DNA of 27,399 nt from a virus (Duplodnaviria > Caudoviricetes). Positions within the stretch are counted from its first letter, which is position 1. The number at the start of each line of letters is the position of its first letter. This document shows, one piece after another, positions 25,432 through 27,399 of the stretch. The DNA lies in the IMG/VR virus record IMGVR_UViG_3300032104_000122, positions 1 to 27,399 of that record. One strand, given 5' to 3'. The notes beneath the pieces are model-generated. The model saw only the letters and a list, made by a program, of their open reading frames with translations, did no database searches and had not been told where the DNA came from. The position numbers were made by a program, and so were the translations under genes.

Positions 25432-25881
25432 ATGCCGACGAGCGTGCGCGAATTGGCCCTGGCCGGCCTGAAGACGGAACTGGACGGGATCACCGGCGTC
25501 GCCGGCCTCACCGTGTTCAGGAACGAGGACGCGCCGATCGTCTCGCTGCCGACGCTGAACCAGGTCGACGCCGATGGCAGCCAACGGGTCATCGACAGGG
25601 CCGACGACGTCACCGTCTACGCCGTCGACGTGGCGATCGAGGGCTATGTCGCGGCCGACGTACCGGCCGCGACCGGGCCAGCGCTCAGCGAACTCTACGC
25701 CAACGCCGTGCAGGCGGCGAAGGCGGCCGAGGCGTCGGTCGCGGCGATATTCGAGGTCCTCGAAGCCGACCTCGACGCCACCTTGATCGTCGAGGAAGGG
25801 GTGAAACCCCATGCGTTCTTCAGACTCACCGTCGAGGTCCGGTTCGCCACCGCCGCCGGCAACCCGTTCATAGCGGCCTAG
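25432..25881 (+). CDS. Tail terminator-like protein (gpU position)
   Basis: MPTSVRE..L start; acidic; precedes the tail tube gene. Confidence 0.7.
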   Translation: MPTSVRELALAGLKTELDGITGVAGLTVFRNEDAPIVSLPTLNQVDADGSQRVIDRADDVTVYAVDVAIEGYVAADVPAATGPALSELYANAVQAAKAAEASVAAIFEVLEADLDATLIVEEGVKPHAFFRLTVEVRFATAAGNPFIAA

Positions 25882-25903
25882 ACCGCTCTAAAGGAGACCG
25901 ACC

Positions 25904-26314
25904 ATGCCCAGACAGCCCGGTAAAAATCTGCTGTTGAAGATCGAATCGACCGAAGGCTCAGGGACGTTTATCACCCTGGGCATGATGCAGACCAACGACT
26001 TCTCGATCGCCACCAATCCGGTTGAGGAAACCAACAAGGATTCCGTCAATGACCGTCGCGAGCTGATCGCCGGCATTCAGTCGCTGAGCGCCTCCGGCAC
26101 CGGATTCTTCGACGCCGGCGCCGCCTGGCAGCGGGCGCGCGATGCCGCGCTCAACAAGGAAACGCCCAACATGCAGGTCATCGATCCAGGCGACGGCACC
26201 TACCAGGGCCGGTTCCTGATCCAGACGTTAGGCAAGTCCGGCGGCCAGGAAGGCTCGGTCGAGGCCAACATCTCCATCGAGTCGGCGGGCGACTGGACCT
26301 TCACGCCGGTCTGA
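25904..26314 (+). CDS. Major tail tube protein (TP901-1/GTA-like)
   Basis: GKNLLLKI, ETNKDS...RELI, S.SGTG.F, G.YQG.F.I, S.ESAG; AAGGAG SD. Confidence 0.88.
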   Translation: MPRQPGKNLLLKIESTEGSGTFITLGMMQTNDFSIATNPVEETNKDSVNDRRELIAGIQSLSASGTGFFDAGAAWQRARDAALNKETPNMQVIDPGDGTYQGRFLIQTLGKSGGQEGSVEANISIESAGDWTFTPV

Positions 26315-26381
26315 GAAGCGAGCAATTAGCCGTTAGCTAAAAGCTGAAACTGACACCCAAAGCCACGAAAGGAGCGTAATC

Positions 26382-26744
26382 ATGGCTGATCTGCCCATCC
26401 AGGAAGTCGTCGAGGCCGGCGCCGCGCCGACGTTCACGGCCGTCGCCGCCGCCGGCGATGCCGTCCTCAATCTCGAGAGCAACATCATTCTCTACTTCAA
26501 GAACGTCAATGTTGCGGCGCGGACCGTGACGGTCACCGCCCAGGACACCTCGGAAAAGGTGCCAGGGTTCGGTGATATGACCAAGGCGGACGTGGTGCTC
26601 GTCGTCCCGGCCTTGACCGGTGAGATCGTCGCCGGGCCGTTCCCGCGGCGCGCGTTCAACGACGCCCTCGGCAAATTGCAGCTTACCTACGACGCGGAGA
26701 CCGACCTCACGGTGGCGGTGCTCAAGGTGCCGGCCGCCGGCTGA
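26382..26744 (+). CDS. Beta-rich hypothetical virion-associated protein
   Basis: AAGGAG SD; GD...N....IL..KN...TVT...GPFP...FN pattern. Confidence 0.7.
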   Translation: MADLPIQEVVEAGAAPTFTAVAAAGDAVLNLESNIILYFKNVNVAARTVTVTAQDTSEKVPGFGDMTKADVVLVVPALTGEIVAGPFPRRAFNDALGKLQLTYDAETDLTVAVLKVPAAG

Positions 26745-27223
26745 TGGCGATGACCGCGAACGGACCGGAGCCGAATATCGACCTGACGCTGGGCGAGATG
26801 ACGTATTCGCTGAGGCCGACGTTCGGCGCGCTGATGCGCATCGAACAGGCCCTTGGCGCCGGCATCGGGGCGCTCAGGCTTCGCTTCCTGCGCAGCGAAT
26901 ACGGTGTCGGCGAGGTGACCAGGATCGTCTACGAGGGCATCCGCGCGGTGCTCGGCAACGACGCGCCCAAGATCGAGGAGATCGGCGAAGCGATCATCCG
27001 CCACGGCCTCGACAACGAGGCCGGCGCCGCCGCCCTGGAAATGATCGAGGCGGCGCTGGCCGGCTTCGAACGGTTCGCCGAGGGGCGCGCCCGATCGGAG
27101 GCGGAAGACGGCCCGCCAGGGGGCGGAGAGGGCGCGGAGGCGGGCGAGGACGCCGCAGAGGACCCTTCACAGCCCCAGGCGGAGGATTCGCCTGGGGCCG
27201 CTTCTACGGGGCAGCAATCGTGA
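26744..27223 (+). CDS. Tail assembly chaperone (GTA gp10-like)
   Basis: LTLG...YSLRPTFGALMRIEQALG. Confidence 0.8.
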   Translation: MAMTANGPEPNIDLTLGEMTYSLRPTFGALMRIEQALGAGIGALRLRFLRSEYGVGEVTRIVYEGIRAVLGNDAPKIEEIGEAIIRHGLDNEAGAAALEMIEAALAGFERFAEGRARSEAEDGPPGGGEGAEAGEDAAEDPSQPQAEDSPGAASTGQQS

Positions 27224-27399
27224 TGGGCGTTCCGCCGGGTGATTTCGGACACATAACGCCGAGCGAATTCTTTGAAATCCAGGAAGCCTACGTCGAGGCC
27301 CACGGCGGCCGGTCGCGGCGGCAGACGCAGGGCGCCTGGCACGCCTTGGATCGCTTGAAAAGGCTCTATCCCGACACGCCCGTCGCCGGACATGCGTGA
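27223..27399 (+). CDS. Second tail assembly chaperone (gpT-like); may be the -1 frameshift extension of the upstream gene
   Basis: MGVPPGDFGHITPSEF...RLKRLYPD pattern; conserved-looking AWGRFYGAA lies upstream of the ATG in the same frame. Confidence 0.65.
   Translation: MGVPPGDFGHITPSEFFEIQEAYVEAHGGRSRRQTQGAWHALDRLKRLYPDTPVAGHA

Larger units (their letters stand above)
1..27399. mobile_element. Lambda-like temperate phage/prophage, internal segment (immunity, early, replication, packaging, head, tail); neither end is in the window
   Basis: Lambdoid gene order: repressor/cro, primase/helicase, terS-terL-gpW-portal-S49 protease-decoration-capsid-FII-tail genes. Confidence 0.97.

Overview
This window is the interior of a GC-rich, lambda-like temperate siphophage or prophage, most likely from an alphaproteobacterial host (inferred from GcrA-like, GTA-like tail and Cro-type genes). 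From left to right it holds a leftward early operon, a repressor/Cro switch, and a rightward accessory operon (TSCPD-like, deoxyribosyltransferase-like, GcrA-like, DUF5131, an antisense LAGLIDADG endonuclease, a DUF3102/MT-A70 methylase and a PAPS-reductase-like gene). Next come primase and P4/D5-type helicase, an iteron-rich origin, a candidate late regulator and cos site, then terminase, head and early tail genes. The main find is a 1.7-kb cassette between gpW and portal. It encodes a nuclease-less Nop/IS110-C-terminal-like protein (TasA-like) and four clear stem-loop guide units (CCA-N9-TG[AT/TA]GCCCA-N9-YG), i.e. a TIGR-Tas-type RNA-guided system. Two of the guides lie inside the reading frame of the upstream ORF. 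Also notable: palindromes at the equivalent position in both DUF3102 genes, and four accessory modules each bracketed by a duplicated or orphaned end of a neighbouring gene. All family calls come from motif recognition by eye; no database searches were run.
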